From an uncultured Bacillota bacterium (GTDB lineage: Bacteria > Bacillota > Clostridia > Lachnospirales > Lachnospiraceae), in the NCBI GenBank assembly GCA_905200905.1, contig CAJKMA010000003.1:151-64150 (forward strand): 64,000 bases of DNA, given 5' to 3'. The notes under the pieces were generated by a model. That model did no database searches. It saw nothing but the letters and a program-made list of their open reading frames with translations, and was not told the DNA's origin. Below are positions 28,020-38,340 of the stretch, in pieces. A program made the position numbers and the translations under genes. How positions within the stretch are numbered: the stretch's first letter is position 1; every line of letters begins with the position of its first letter.

Positions 28020-29387
28020 ATGAAACTGAAGAAGTTACTTGCAGTTATGCTTGCCGGAACAATGCTGTTAGGCAGTATGGCAGGATGTGGACAGAAAGCA
28101 GAATCAGAAGACAAAGGAGATGCTAAGACAGAAGGAAACGCTGACGAAGGAAAAGATTCTGAAGGAAAAACAATTTCCGTAGCAGCTATTGAAACAGCGT
28201 ATGGTTCTGAAATGTGGACAAAGGTAGCAGAAGCATTTACAGAAGAAACAGGAATCAACGTAGAATTAACAACAGATAAAAAATTAGAGGATGTTATTGG
28301 ACCATCTATGCAGGGTGGAGAATATCCAGATGTTGTTCATTTGGCTACAGGACGTGAGGCAGCTCTTACAGAACAGTTTATTAAAGATAACTTGATTGCA
28401 GATATTACTGATGTGCTGGATATGACAGTACCGGGTGAAGAGGCAAAGGTTTCTGAAAAAATTGCAGGTGGATTTACCGATACTTCTCTGACAAATCCAT
28501 ATGGAGATGGTAAAACTTACCTGGCTCCAATGTTCTATTCTCCATGCGGACTGTTCTATAATGCAGGCCTGTTTGAAGAAAAAGGCTGGACAGTTCCAAA
28601 GACATGGGATGAAATGTGGGAACTTGGCGAGAAGGCAAAAGCAGAAGGTATTTCCTTATTTACATATCCTACAACAGGTTACTTTGATGCATTTTTCTAT
28701 GCATTAATGTATTCTGCAGGCGGTCCGGAATTCTTCGATAAAGCAACTCATTATGAAGAAGGAATCTGGGATACAGAAGAAGCTAAAACATGTTTTGACA
28801 TTGTAACAAAACTTGCATCATATACAAACCCAATTACACCGGCACAGGCAAATGATCAGGACTTTACTCAGAATCAGCAGTTAGTTCTGGATAATAAAGC
28901 ACTCTTTATGCCAAATGGTACTTGGATTGTAGGAGAAATGGCAGAAGCTCCAAGAGCTGAAGGCTTTAAATGGGGTATGACAGCTCTTCCAGCAGTGAAA
29001 GATGGCGGAGATCAGTACAGCTACACATGGTTTGAACAGTGCTGGGTTCCATCTGGTGCAGAAAACCAGGATGAAGCAAAACAGTTTATTTCCTTCCTGT
29101 ATAGTGATAAAGCATGCGAAATCTTTGCAAAAGCTGGCGCTATTCAGCCTGTACTTAATATTGCAGAAAAACTGGAAGGCGATAACGTAATGTTCTACTC
29201 TATCTATGACAATGGAGCAAAAGCTGCTATGGGTAACTTTGCACCGTTTGAAGCAACTGCAGGTCTTGATGTACGTCAGAATTTCTTTGACCCTGTAAAC
29301 TCTCTGGTTGAAGGCTCTATTACAGAAGACGACTGGGTGAAAGGAGTGAAAGAAGCAAGTGACCAGATGAGAGGGAAGCTGAAATAA
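28020..29387 (+). CDS. Carbohydrate ABC substrate-binding lipoprotein (possibly GNB/LNB-type)
   Basis: Lipobox MAGC, sugar SBP features, followed by two permeases. Confidence 0.88.
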   Translation: MKLKKLLAVMLAGTMLLGSMAGCGQKAESEDKGDAKTEGNADEGKDSEGKTISVAAIETAYGSEMWTKVAEAFTEETGINVELTTDKKLEDVIGPSMQGGEYPDVVHLATGREAALTEQFIKDNLIADITDVLDMTVPGEEAKVSEKIAGGFTDTSLTNPYGDGKTYLAPMFYSPCGLFYNAGLFEEKGWTVPKTWDEMWELGEKAKAEGISLFTYPTTGYFDAFFYALMYSAGGPEFFDKATHYEEGIWDTEEAKTCFDIVTKLASYTNPITPAQANDQDFTQNQQLVLDNKALFMPNGTWIVGEMAEAPRAEGFKWGMTALPAVKDGGDQYSYTWFEQCWVPSGAENQDEAKQFISFLYSDKACEIFAKAGAIQPVLNIAEKLEGDNVMFYSIYDNGAKAAMGNFAPFEATAGLDVRQNFFDPVNSLVEGSITEDDWVKGVKEASDQMRGKLK

Positions 29388-29422
29388 TTCACCTAAACAG
29401 TTACTTATAAGTAGACTGCTTT

Positions 29423-29453
29423 TGGGGCAGCAGGTGTCTGCTGCCCCTTCTTT
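29423..29453 (+). terminator. Stem-loop between SBP and permease genes
   Basis: GGGGCAGCAG-gtgt-CTGCTGCCCC. Confidence 0.6.
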
Positions 29454-29483
29454 GTTGCTATAAGAGAAAGGAATTGTGATTTT

Positions 29484-30368
29484 ATGAGAAAAAATAAAGA
29501 CCGAAGCGTCTTCTTGTTCTTATGCGTTGCTCCGGCAGTAATTCTCTTTTTTATCTTTATGATTGTGCCTACGATAAATGTTTTTCGCATGTCATTGTAT
29601 GAAAGAGGCGCTTATTCTCCTACAGAGACTTTTGTAGGTCTGGATAACTTTAAACAGCTGTTTGCGGATTCTAATTTTATTCGCTCTATGCAGAACACTA
29701 TTTTGTTAATTATTGTTGTAACCATTGTAACATTTGGATTTGCTTTAGTTTTTGCAGCAATTCTTACCAGAGAGAAAATCAAAGGGCAGAACTTTTTCAG
29801 GGTTATTTTTTATATCCCTAATATTCTTTCTATTGTTGTTATTTCAGGTATTTTCTCTGCTATTTATAAACCAGAAAACGGAATGTTGAACAGTATTATC
29901 GGGCTTTTTAGGGATATGACCAATCCTGTTTTGTGGAAAGGTGAGAAACTGGTTATGGTCAGCATTATCATTGCCATGGTGTGGCAGGCAATTGGCTACT
30001 ATATGGTTATGTATATGGCATCAATGGCCAGTGTACCCATGAGTTTATATGAAAGTGCCAGCCTGGATGGGGCAGGACGTATGACACAGTTTTTCCAGAT
30101 TACACTGCCGCTTATTTGGACAAATATCCGTACAACACTGACATTTTTCATTATTTCTACTATCAATATGGCATTCCTGTTTGTAAAAGCCATGACTTCT
30201 GGTGGTCCAAATGGTGCGTCAGAAGTTGCCCTGAGCTATATGTATGGACAGAAAGATGCTGGATTATATGGTTATAGTATGGCTATTGGAGTAGTAATCT
30301 TTGTCTTTTCCTTTGCACTGTCTGCACTGGTAAATAAGGCAACAGAACGTGAACCATTGGAATTCTAG
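29484..30368 (+). CDS. Carbohydrate ABC permease
   Basis: EAA-loop variant YESASLDGAG. Confidence 0.92.
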   Translation: MRKNKDRSVFLFLCVAPAVILFFIFMIVPTINVFRMSLYERGAYSPTETFVGLDNFKQLFADSNFIRSMQNTILLIIVVTIVTFGFALVFAAILTREKIKGQNFFRVIFYIPNILSIVVISGIFSAIYKPENGMLNSIIGLFRDMTNPVLWKGEKLVMVSIIIAMVWQAIGYYMVMYMASMASVPMSLYESASLDGAGRMTQFFQITLPLIWTNIRTTLTFFIISTINMAFLFVKAMTSGGPNGASEVALSYMYGQKDAGLYGYSMAIGVVIFVFSFALSALVNKATEREPLEF

Positions 30369-30383
30369 AAAGGAGAGCAAAAG

Positions 30384-31283
30384 ATGAATCAAGGAAATGA
30401 AACTCATACAGCTACCTTAGGTCAGAAGCTGTATAAGGTCTTTATATATTTTGTGCTGGCTCTGCTTGCTGTGGTTATTATTGTACCCGTTGCCTGGGTG
30501 TTTATGGCATCCATTAAACAGAACAGTGAGTTTTATGGAAATCCATGGGCATTGCCAAAAGGCGTTTTCTTGCAGAACTTTATAGATGCCTGGAGTGGTG
30601 CAAAGATGGGTGAGTATATGATTAACTCCGTCTTTGTAACCGCATTAGCACTGGTAATTCTTTTGGTGGTTGCATTACCAGCAGCATACTGTCTGGCACG
30701 TATGAAATTTAGAGGCAGAAAATTCTTAAACGTTGCATTTATGGCTGGTTTATTTATTAATGTAAACTATATCGTAGTACCAATTTTCTTGATGCTTCGT
30801 GATGGAGATAACTGGTTTAAATCATTGCTGGGAAGAACCTTTTTACTGAACAATCTGTTTGTATTGGCAATTGTATATGCTGCTACGGCGCTTCCTTTTA
30901 CAATTTATCTGTTAAGTGGCTATTTTGCAACACTGGCACACGATTATGAAGAAGCCGCCTATATAGATGGAGCAGGTTATACAACCACCATGGTGAAGAT
31001 TATCTTCCCTATGGCAAAGCCTTCTATTATTACCATTATTTTGTTTAATTTCCTCTCCTTCTGGAATGAATATATTATTTCCATGACGTTGATGAATTCA
31101 GCAAAGGGAACAAGAACCTTGCCGGTTGGTCTTCTGAATCTGATGCAGGCACAGCAGTCTGCAGCTCAGTATGGAACCATGTATGCAGGTCTTGTATTGG
31201 TAATGCTGCCTACACTGATTCTCTATATTTGTGTACAGAAACAATTGACCCAGGGTATGACTGTGGGCGGACTGAAAGGATAA
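30384..31283 (+). CDS. Carbohydrate ABC permease
   Basis: EEAAYIDGAG, WNEY. Confidence 0.92.
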   Translation: MNQGNETHTATLGQKLYKVFIYFVLALLAVVIIVPVAWVFMASIKQNSEFYGNPWALPKGVFLQNFIDAWSGAKMGEYMINSVFVTALALVILLVVALPAAYCLARMKFRGRKFLNVAFMAGLFINVNYIVVPIFLMLRDGDNWFKSLLGRTFLLNNLFVLAIVYAATALPFTIYLLSGYFATLAHDYEEAAYIDGAGYTTTMVKIIFPMAKPSIITIILFNFLSFWNEYIISMTLMNSAKGTRTLPVGLLNLMQAQQSAAQYGTMYAGLVLVMLPTLILYICVQKQLTQGMTVGGLKG

Positions 31284-31284
31284 G

Positions 31285-31488
31285 GTGATGAGAATGAAAT
31301 TCTGGAAAGAACATGCTACACTTCGTATGGCGCTCTTAATCATTTTGTTTGTACTGTCACTGTTTCTGGTTATTGCGGGATGGAAGATGACAGGACAGCT
31401 GAAAGGACTTGGAATGATGGTGCTTGGAACAGGAACTTTATTAATTGCCCTGGCTATCTACAATGCACCGTTTAAAGATGCAAAATAA
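31285..31488 (+). CDS. Small two-TM membrane protein at the end of the ABC operon
   Basis: 67 aa, two hydrophobic helices, directly after the permease stop. Confidence 0.7.
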   Translation: MMRMKFWKEHATLRMALLIILFVLSLFLVIAGWKMTGQLKGLGMMVLGTGTLLIALAIYNAPFKDAK

Positions 31489-31496
31489 ATACTGGA

Positions 31497-31541
31497 GAAA
31501 GAGGTTGTCGTTATATACAGATATGCGGCGGCCTCTTTTTT
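31497..31541 (+). terminator. Intrinsic terminator
   Basis: AAAGAGGTTGTCG...CGGCGGCCTCTTTTTT. Confidence 0.7.
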
Positions 31542-31599
31542 GATTGCAAGGCTTTGGCTTTCATGGTAGTATTATTTGGTACAGAAAGGATGTGCTGAT

Positions 31600-32391
31600 A
31601 TGAGTTCTTATGAGAGCTTTGCCAGAGTTTATGATTTGTTCATGGATAATATTCCCTATGAGCAATGGTGTGAATATCTCACCCAACTTTTAAAGGAATA
31701 TGGAGCCACAGATGGTCTGGTGCTTGAGCTAGGGTGTGGAACTGGAAATATGACCAGACTTTTAGCAGATAAGGGATATGACATGATTGGTGTGGACAAT
31801 GCCCCAGATATGCTGGAAATCGCCATGGAAAAGAAGGAAACAGAGGGACAGGATATATTATATCTTTTGCAGGATATGCGGGAATTTGAACTGTATGGAA
31901 CCGTAAAAGCAGCGGTATCTCTTTGCGATAGTATGAATTACATTTTGGAAGAAGAGGAATTGTTGCAGGTGTTCAGACTGGTGAATAATTACCTGGATCC
32001 AGGCGGTATGTTTATCTTTGATTTAAATACAGAGTACAAATACAGAGAGATTTTAGGAGAACAGACCATAGCAGAAAATAGAGAGGATGCTAGTTTTATC
32101 TGGGATAACTATTATGATCAGGAAGAACAGATAAATGAGTATGATTTAGCGCTCTTTATTCCGGAAAAAATACAAGGAGAAACTTTGTATCGGAAGTATG
32201 AAGAAATTCATTATCAAAGGGCTTATGAAATAGAAACAGTAAAGGAACTGCTGGAACAAGCAGGAATGGAGTTTGTGGCAGTTTATGATGCTTTTACGCA
32301 TAACACCCCAAATCCTTACAGTGAAAGGGTATATATCATAGCTAGGGAAAAGGGAAAAACATTAGAAAATAAGAATAAAAAGGAGAGTTAA
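31600..32391 (+). CDS. Class I SAM-dependent methyltransferase
   Basis: VLELGCGTG, GVD, QDMR, DSMNY; ATG at 31600. Confidence 0.9.
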   Translation: MSSYESFARVYDLFMDNIPYEQWCEYLTQLLKEYGATDGLVLELGCGTGNMTRLLADKGYDMIGVDNAPDMLEIAMEKKETEGQDILYLLQDMREFELYGTVKAAVSLCDSMNYILEEEELLQVFRLVNNYLDPGGMFIFDLNTEYKYREILGEQTIAENREDASFIWDNYYDQEEQINEYDLALFIPEKIQGETLYRKYEEIHYQRAYEIETVKELLEQAGMEFVAVYDAFTHNTPNPYSERVYIIAREKGKTLENKNKKES

Positions 32392-32392
32392 G

Positions 32393-33277
32393 ATGGGAGA
32401 TTATATTGTTCGGGCAACAGCGGCAAATAGCCAGATTCGTGCCTTTGCAGCTACAACACGGGAGTTGGTAGAATATGCAAGAGCTGCACATAATACTAGC
32501 CCTGTAGCAACGGCAGCTCTAGGACGACTGCTCACTGCAGGTTCTATGATGGGAATTATGATGAAAGGTGACAAGGATCTTCTGACCCTGCAGATTCATG
32601 CCAGCGGTCCATTAAATGGCATGACAGTAACTGCGGACGCAAAAGGAAATGTAAAGGGCTATGTAGGAAATCCCAATGTTGTGATTCATGCCAATGAAAA
32701 AGGCAAATTAGATGTAGCAGGGGCTGTGGGCATTGGATTTATGAATGTGATTAAAGATATGGGGTTAAAGGAACCGTATCTGGGTCAAACAGAGCTGCGA
32801 ACCAGTGAAATTGCAGAAGATTTGACTTATTATTTTGCTACTAGCGAACAGGTACCATCTTCCGTAGGATTAGGAGTTCTTATGGAAAAAGATAATACAG
32901 TGAAGCAAGCTGGAGGCTTTATTTTGCAGTTAATGCCTTTTACAGAGGAGGAGGTTATTAATCGCCTAGAAGATAATCTAAAACGTGTTACTTCTGTAAC
33001 AGGAATGCTGGAAGAGGGAAAAACGCCGGAAGGAATTCTGGAGACTTTGTTAGAAGGATTTGATATTGAGATTAATGATCGGGTTCCAACACAGTTTCAT
33101 TGCAATTGCAGCAAGGAACGTGTAGAAAAAGCTTTAATTAGCATTGGACGAAAAGAAATTCAGGAGATGATTGATGAAGGAAAAGAAATTGAAATGAACT
33201 GTCATTTCTGTAATAAAAATTATAAGTTTTCTGTAGAGGATTTGAAGAGAATCCTGAGGGAATGCAGAAGAAGATAG
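32393..33277 (+). CDS. hslO: Hsp33 redox chaperone
   Basis: ALGRLLT, SEQVPS, CxC and CxxC zinc motif. Confidence 0.95.
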   Translation: MGDYIVRATAANSQIRAFAATTRELVEYARAAHNTSPVATAALGRLLTAGSMMGIMMKGDKDLLTLQIHASGPLNGMTVTADAKGNVKGYVGNPNVVIHANEKGKLDVAGAVGIGFMNVIKDMGLKEPYLGQTELRTSEIAEDLTYYFATSEQVPSSVGLGVLMEKDNTVKQAGGFILQLMPFTEEEVINRLEDNLKRVTSVTGMLEEGKTPEGILETLLEGFDIEINDRVPTQFHCNCSKERVEKALISIGRKEIQEMIDEGKEIEMNCHFCNKNYKFSVEDLKRILRECRRR

Positions 33278-33321
33278 ACGGATTGAAAGTCTTGGTAAAA
33301 GGCAGAAAGGTGTGGTGAAAT

Positions 33322-35235
33322 ATGAAAGACGGATTCATCAAAGCAGCAGCGGCAACACCAAGGATTCAGGTGGCGGATTGTGTAAATAATACCAGGGAAA
33401 TCATTGAAAAAGCAAAGGAAATGAGCCAGGCAGGAGCCAGGATTTTAGTTTTTCCTGAACTTTGTGTTACAGGATATACTTGTGGAGATTTGTTTTGGCA
33501 GGAAAGACTTCTGGTATCTGCAAAAGAACAGCTTTTGAAAACAGCAGCGGCATTAAAAAATGTAGAGGGCCTTATTTTTATAGGGCTGCCGCTGGTGTTT
33601 GAAGGGAAACTTTATAATACAGCAGCAGTTTTAAACAGAGGGGAAATTTTGGGGATCGTGCCTAAAATCCATCTGCCTAATTATGGTGAATTTTATGAAG
33701 CACGGCACTTTACTTCTGGAAAAGGCGTGGAGGGAATTCTAAAGTTTGGTGATCAAGAAGTAAGATTTGGCAGCAATCTTCTCTTTACCTGTGAAGAAAT
33801 GCCAGAACTTACTGTAGCAGTGGAAATTTGTGAAGATTTATGGGCTCCAAATCCTCCAAGTGTGAAGCATGCCATGGCAGGGGCAACCGTAATCGTGAAC
33901 TTGTCTGCTAGTGATGAAACCGTTGGAAAGGCGGATTATCGCCGAGCATTAGTAAAGGGGCAGTCAGCAAGAATTCGATGTGGGTATGTATATGCCACAG
34001 CTGGAAATGGAGAATCTACGCAAGACTTAGTATTTGGAGGGCAGAATCTGATTTGTGAGGACGGAAGTATTCTGGCAGAAGCAGAAATGTTCCAGAACCA
34101 GACCATTTACGGAACTTTTGATATTCAGAAGCTTTGTGGGGAAAGACGGAGAATTTCTACTTGGAAGGGAGAGGCTTGCCAAGGATATACTAGGATTGCC
34201 TTTCATCTACCTAAGGAAGAAACTAGGATAGAAGGAGGAGTTACAGCCAATCCTTTTGTACCAGAGGAGATAAGCGAAAGAAAGAGTAGATGTGATGAAA
34301 TTCTTACAATTCAGGCAATGGGGCTAGTAAAGCGTCTGGAACATACTCACAGCAAAGGGGCTGTTTTGGGTATTTCAGGCGGACTGGATTCGACTCTGGC
34401 ACTTTTGGTAACAGCAAGAGCTTTTGATATCCTAGGATTGAATAGAAGTGGAATTATTGCTGTTACGATGCCTTGTTTTGGCACTACAGACCGAACTTAT
34501 ACCAATGCCTGCGAACTTACTAGAGGTTTGGGAGCCACGTTGATGGAAGTTGACATAAAGAAGGCTGTTCTTCAGCATTTTCAGGATATAGGACAAGATT
34601 TTAATAATCATGATGTAACTTTTGAAAATGCTCAGGCAAGAGAGAGAACGCAGGTGATTATGGACATTGCCAATCAAAAAGGCAGCATGGTAATTGGAAC
34701 AGGAGATTTATCTGAACTGGCGCTTGGATGGGCAACCTATAATGGAGATCATATGTCTATGTATGGAGTAAATGGTTCAGTACCTAAAACTTTGGTGCGG
34801 CATCTTGTTCAGTATTATGCAGATACATGTGGGCAAGAGACAATTGCTAAGATTCTTCTAGATGTTCTAGATACACCGGTAAGTCCGGAACTACTTCCTC
34901 CAGAAGATGGTAAAATTTCACAGAAAACAGAGGATTTAGTTGGACCTTATGAGCTTCATGACTTCTTCCTATACTATATGTTAAGATTTCACTTTTCTCC
35001 AGGGAAGATCTACCGTATGGCAAAACTGGCTTTTACAGGACTTTATGAAGATGCGGTGATTTTAAAATGGCTGAAAAAGTTTTATTGGAGATTCTTTACC
35101 CAGCAATTTAAACGTTCTTGTCTTCCTGACGGTCCAAAAGTAGGCAGTGTGGCTGTTTCTCCAAGAGGGGATTTGCGGATGCCAAGTGATGCTTGTGTGC
35201 GTATCTGGATGGATGAAATTGAAAGTCTATCATAG
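33322..35235 (+). CDS. nadE: Glutamine-dependent NAD(+) synthetase
   Basis: Nitrilase domain (FPEL, EICEDLW) plus GISGGLDST, ENAQARER. Confidence 0.95.
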   Translation: MKDGFIKAAAATPRIQVADCVNNTREIIEKAKEMSQAGARILVFPELCVTGYTCGDLFWQERLLVSAKEQLLKTAAALKNVEGLIFIGLPLVFEGKLYNTAAVLNRGEILGIVPKIHLPNYGEFYEARHFTSGKGVEGILKFGDQEVRFGSNLLFTCEEMPELTVAVEICEDLWAPNPPSVKHAMAGATVIVNLSASDETVGKADYRRALVKGQSARIRCGYVYATAGNGESTQDLVFGGQNLICEDGSILAEAEMFQNQTIYGTFDIQKLCGERRRISTWKGEACQGYTRIAFHLPKEETRIEGGVTANPFVPEEISERKSRCDEILTIQAMGLVKRLEHTHSKGAVLGISGGLDSTLALLVTARAFDILGLNRSGIIAVTMPCFGTTDRTYTNACELTRGLGATLMEVDIKKAVLQHFQDIGQDFNNHDVTFENAQARERTQVIMDIANQKGSMVIGTGDLSELALGWATYNGDHMSMYGVNGSVPKTLVRHLVQYYADTCGQETIAKILLDVLDTPVSPELLPPEDGKISQKTEDLVGPYELHDFFLYYMLRFHFSPGKIYRMAKLAFTGLYEDAVILKWLKKFYWRFFTQQFKRSCLPDGPKVGSVAVSPRGDLRMPSDACVRIWMDEIESLS

Positions 35236-35255
35236 AAGTACACGGAGGTGACAGT

Positions 35256-36035
35256 ATGGTTGATATTTGTTTACAATTGATTATTTACAGCTTTTTAGGA
35301 TGGTGCTGCGAGAGTATTTATTGTTCTCTTGGTCGGGGAGAATGGATTAACCGTGGATTTTTGACAGGACCTTTTTGTCCTATTTATGGGGTAGGAGCTG
35401 TGGTAACATTAACTCTTCTGAAACATCTTCCTAAGAGCGCAATGATTGTATTTTTAGGAGGAATGCTTATTACCTCTACTTTGGAATATTTTACAAGTTG
35501 GTTGATGGAAAAGCTTTTTAATGCCAGATGGTGGGACTATTCCAAACGTCCGTTTAATATAAAAGGAAGGGTATGTCTGTTGAATTCAACATTGTTTGGA
35601 TTGCTTTGTTTATTCCTCATGTTTGATTTAAATCCACGAATTGAAAGGTTTTTAGCAATTTTTAGTCTGGATTTTAAATGGGGATTCTTGGCAGCCTTTT
35701 GCCTGTATTTTATAGCAGATTTAGCATTGGCTGTGAAGAGTGCTATGGGTATTAATGTCAGACTTCGTGTGCTTACAGAGCTTCGGGAAGAGTTGCAGGA
35801 GAAGTATCAGGAGTGGAGTGCAAAGCTGGAGTTTGCGCAGTTGGAAGAGAAAATTTTAAGTGCAGATATCAGAGAGGAATTGTTGGAAAAATTCCATAAA
35901 AAGCAAAAAGAAGTTGGATTTTTTGAACGTCGTCTTATGAAGTCTTTCCCAGAAATGGTAAATAAAAGTTATCCGGAACGTTTAGAAGAACTAAAAAGAA
36001 GTTTAAAGAAAAGAAAACAGGAGGAGGAAAAGTGA
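35256..36035 (+). CDS. Putative membrane protein (CmpB/DUF1113-like)
   Basis: YSFLGW..E, NRGFL.GP.CPIYG, WWDYS..PFNI.GRVC. Confidence 0.8.
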   Translation: MVDICLQLIIYSFLGWCCESIYCSLGRGEWINRGFLTGPFCPIYGVGAVVTLTLLKHLPKSAMIVFLGGMLITSTLEYFTSWLMEKLFNARWWDYSKRPFNIKGRVCLLNSTLFGLLCLFLMFDLNPRIERFLAIFSLDFKWGFLAAFCLYFIADLALAVKSAMGINVRLRVLTELREELQEKYQEWSAKLEFAQLEEKILSADIREELLEKFHKKQKEVGFFERRLMKSFPEMVNKSYPERLEELKRSLKKRKQEEEK

Positions 36036-37237
36036 AGAAGTACGATTTTACGTCAGTGATTGATAGAAGGGGATGGGATGCCATTGCAGTGGATTCGGTG
36101 TATGAGGAGCCTGGTTTTGGACCAGATGCACCCAAAGAGGGGGTTGATGTAATTCCAATGTGGGTTGCAGATATGAATTTTAAAACTGTTCCAACCATAC
36201 AAGAGGCTATGATTGGCAGGATTGAGCATCCTACTTATGGGTACTTTAATCCAAGAAAAGAATATATAGATGCAATTATTTCTTGGCATGAAAAGAGAAA
36301 TGGAGTTACAGGAATTTTGCCAGAACACATTGGTTATGAAAATGGTGTGTTAGGTGGTGTACTGAGCGTGTTAAATGTCCTTTGTTCTAAAGGAGATAAG
36401 GTACTTTTACATTCCCCTACCTATATTGGGTTTACATCTTCTTTAGAGAACAGTGGTTACAAAATTATCCACTCTCCGCTGGTTTTAGATGAAAATCAGG
36501 TGTGGCGTATGGACTTTGAAGATATGGAAAAGAAGATAAAAGAAAATCATATTCATGCTGCTGTTTTTTGCTCTCCTCATAATCCATGTGGGCGTGTTTG
36601 GGAACGCTGGGAAATTGAAAAAGCTATGGAAATTTATAAAAAGTATGATGTATTTGTTGTTTCAGATGAAATCTGGTCAGATTTAATTTTAGAAGGAAAA
36701 CATATACCGACCCAATCTATTTCAGAGGATGCCAGAAATCGTACAGCTGCTATGTATGCCCCTTCCAAAACATTTAACTTGGCAGGTCTGGTAGGTTCTT
36801 ATCATATTATTTATAATTCATGGCTTCGTGACAGAGTACAAAAAGAGTCTTCACTTAGCCATTATAATAATATGAATGTGCTGTCCATGTATGCTCTTAT
36901 TGGGGCATATAAAAAAGAAGGGCATGAATGGGTAGATGAGCTTTGCCAGGTACTAAAAGAGAATAGAGACTTTGCATGTGCCTATATTCAGGAACATTTT
37001 GAAGGAGTAGAAGTCTCAAAACCTCAGGGAACATATATGCTGTTTTTAGATTGCCAGAAGTGGTGTGAAAAACATGGAAAAACCATGGATGAACTGATAA
37101 AAGCCGGTTGGGATGTAGGTGTGGCATGGCAGGATGGAAGAGCCTTTCATGGTCCGAGCCATATCCGCATGAATTTAGCGTTGCCGTTATCCAGAGTAAA
37201 AGAAGCTTTTGAACGATTGAATCAGTACGTATTCTAA
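36032..37237 (+). CDS. MalY/PatB-family PLP-dependent C-S lyase, copy 2
   Basis: Same motifs as 25562-26779 and highly similar to it; GTG start. Confidence 0.92.
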   Translation: MKKYDFTSVIDRRGWDAIAVDSVYEEPGFGPDAPKEGVDVIPMWVADMNFKTVPTIQEAMIGRIEHPTYGYFNPRKEYIDAIISWHEKRNGVTGILPEHIGYENGVLGGVLSVLNVLCSKGDKVLLHSPTYIGFTSSLENSGYKIIHSPLVLDENQVWRMDFEDMEKKIKENHIHAAVFCSPHNPCGRVWERWEIEKAMEIYKKYDVFVVSDEIWSDLILEGKHIPTQSISEDARNRTAAMYAPSKTFNLAGLVGSYHIIYNSWLRDRVQKESSLSHYNNMNVLSMYALIGAYKKEGHEWVDELCQVLKENRDFACAYIQEHFEGVEVSKPQGTYMLFLDCQKWCEKHGKTMDELIKAGWDVGVAWQDGRAFHGPSHIRMNLALPLSRVKEAFERLNQYVF

Positions 37238-37247
37238 AAAGAGCAAA

Positions 37248-37300
37248 AAAATAGCATCTGAGAGGGAACTACATAGAGATTCTCTATCAGATGCTATTTT
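37248..37300. terminator. Bidirectional terminator between malY copy 2 and galE
   Basis: AAAATAGCATCTGA...TCAGATGCTATTTT. Confidence 0.75.
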
Positions 37301-37311
37301 AGTAGATACGT

Positions 37312-38328
37312 TTATTCCTCGTATCCTTTTGGGTTTTGGGACTGCCATCTCCAGGAGTCTTCGCACATTTCTTTAATACCAAATTCTGCCTTCCAGCCTA
37401 ATTCTTTTTCCGCTTTTTCAGCGCTGGCGTAGCAGGTGGCAATGTCACCTGGACGACGTGGTTTGATAACATAAGGAACTTTTACACCAGTGGCAGCTTC
37501 AAAGTTTTTCACAATATCTAGGACACTGTAGCCATTTCCAGTACCAAGATTATAAATGTTTAATCCTGCTTTTTCTTCAATTTTTTTCAGAGCTTTTACA
37601 TGTCCTTTTGCCAAATCTACAACATGGATATAGTCTCTTACACCAGTCCCGTCTGGAGTATTATAGTCATCTCCAAATACACCTAATTCTTTTAATTTTC
37701 CAACAGCAACCTGTGTGATATATGGCATAAGATTGTTTGGAATACCGTTTGGATTTTCTCCAATAGTGCCGCTTTTGTGAGCACCGATTGGGTTGAAATA
37801 TCTTAAAAGAACAACATTCCATTCAGGGTCTGCCTTCTGAATATCTGCAAGAATTTGTTCTAACATAGACTTGGTCCACCCATATGGATTGGTACACTGA
37901 CCTTTTGGACAGTCTTCTGTGATTGGAACAAAAGCGGGGTCTCCATAAACTGTAGCAGAAGAAGAAAAAATGATATTTTTTACATTGTGTTTTCTCATAA
38001 CATCCACCAGAGTCAGAGTTCCGGCAATGTTGTTTTCATAGTATTCCCAGGGCTTTGCAACAGATTCACCCACTGCTTTTAATCCAGCAAAATGAATGCA
38101 GGAATCAATGGATTCTTTATCAAAAATTGCATTTAAAGCATCGCGATCCAGGATATCAGCTTTGTAAAAAGGAACAGATTTTCCTGTGATTTTTTCTACT
38201 CGCTCTAATGATTTCTGGCTGGAATTGGAAAGGTTATCTAGTACCACTACATCATAACCTGCATTTTGGAGTTCAATGACAGTGTGACTTCCAATATAAC
38301 CTGCACCACCTGTTACTAAAATTGCCAT
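37312..38328 (-). CDS. galE: UDP-glucose 4-epimerase
   Basis: [31 protein letters not shown]. Confidence 0.96.
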   Translation of the reverse strand: MAILVTGGAGYIGSHTVIELQNAGYDVVVLDNLSNSSQKSLERVEKITGKSVPFYKADILDRDALNAIFDKESIDSCIHFAGLKAVGESVAKPWEYYENNIAGTLTLVDVMRKHNVKNIIFSSSATVYGDPAFVPITEDCPKGQCTNPYGWTKSMLEQILADIQKADPEWNVVLLRYFNPIGAHKSGTIGENPNGIPNNLMPYITQVAVGKLKELGVFGDDYNTPDGTGVRDYIHVVDLAKGHVKALKKIEEKAGLNIYNLGTGNGYSVLDIVKNFEAATGVKVPYVIKPRRPGDIATCYASAEKAEKELGWKAEFGIKEMCEDSWRWQSQNPKGYEE

Positions 38329-38340
38329 AGTTAATACCTC

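Noticed and set aside
25562..37237. Composite transposon or recent segmental duplication bounded by the malY copies
   Set aside because: The copies are diverged at the DNA level, no transposase is present, and housekeeping genes lie between them
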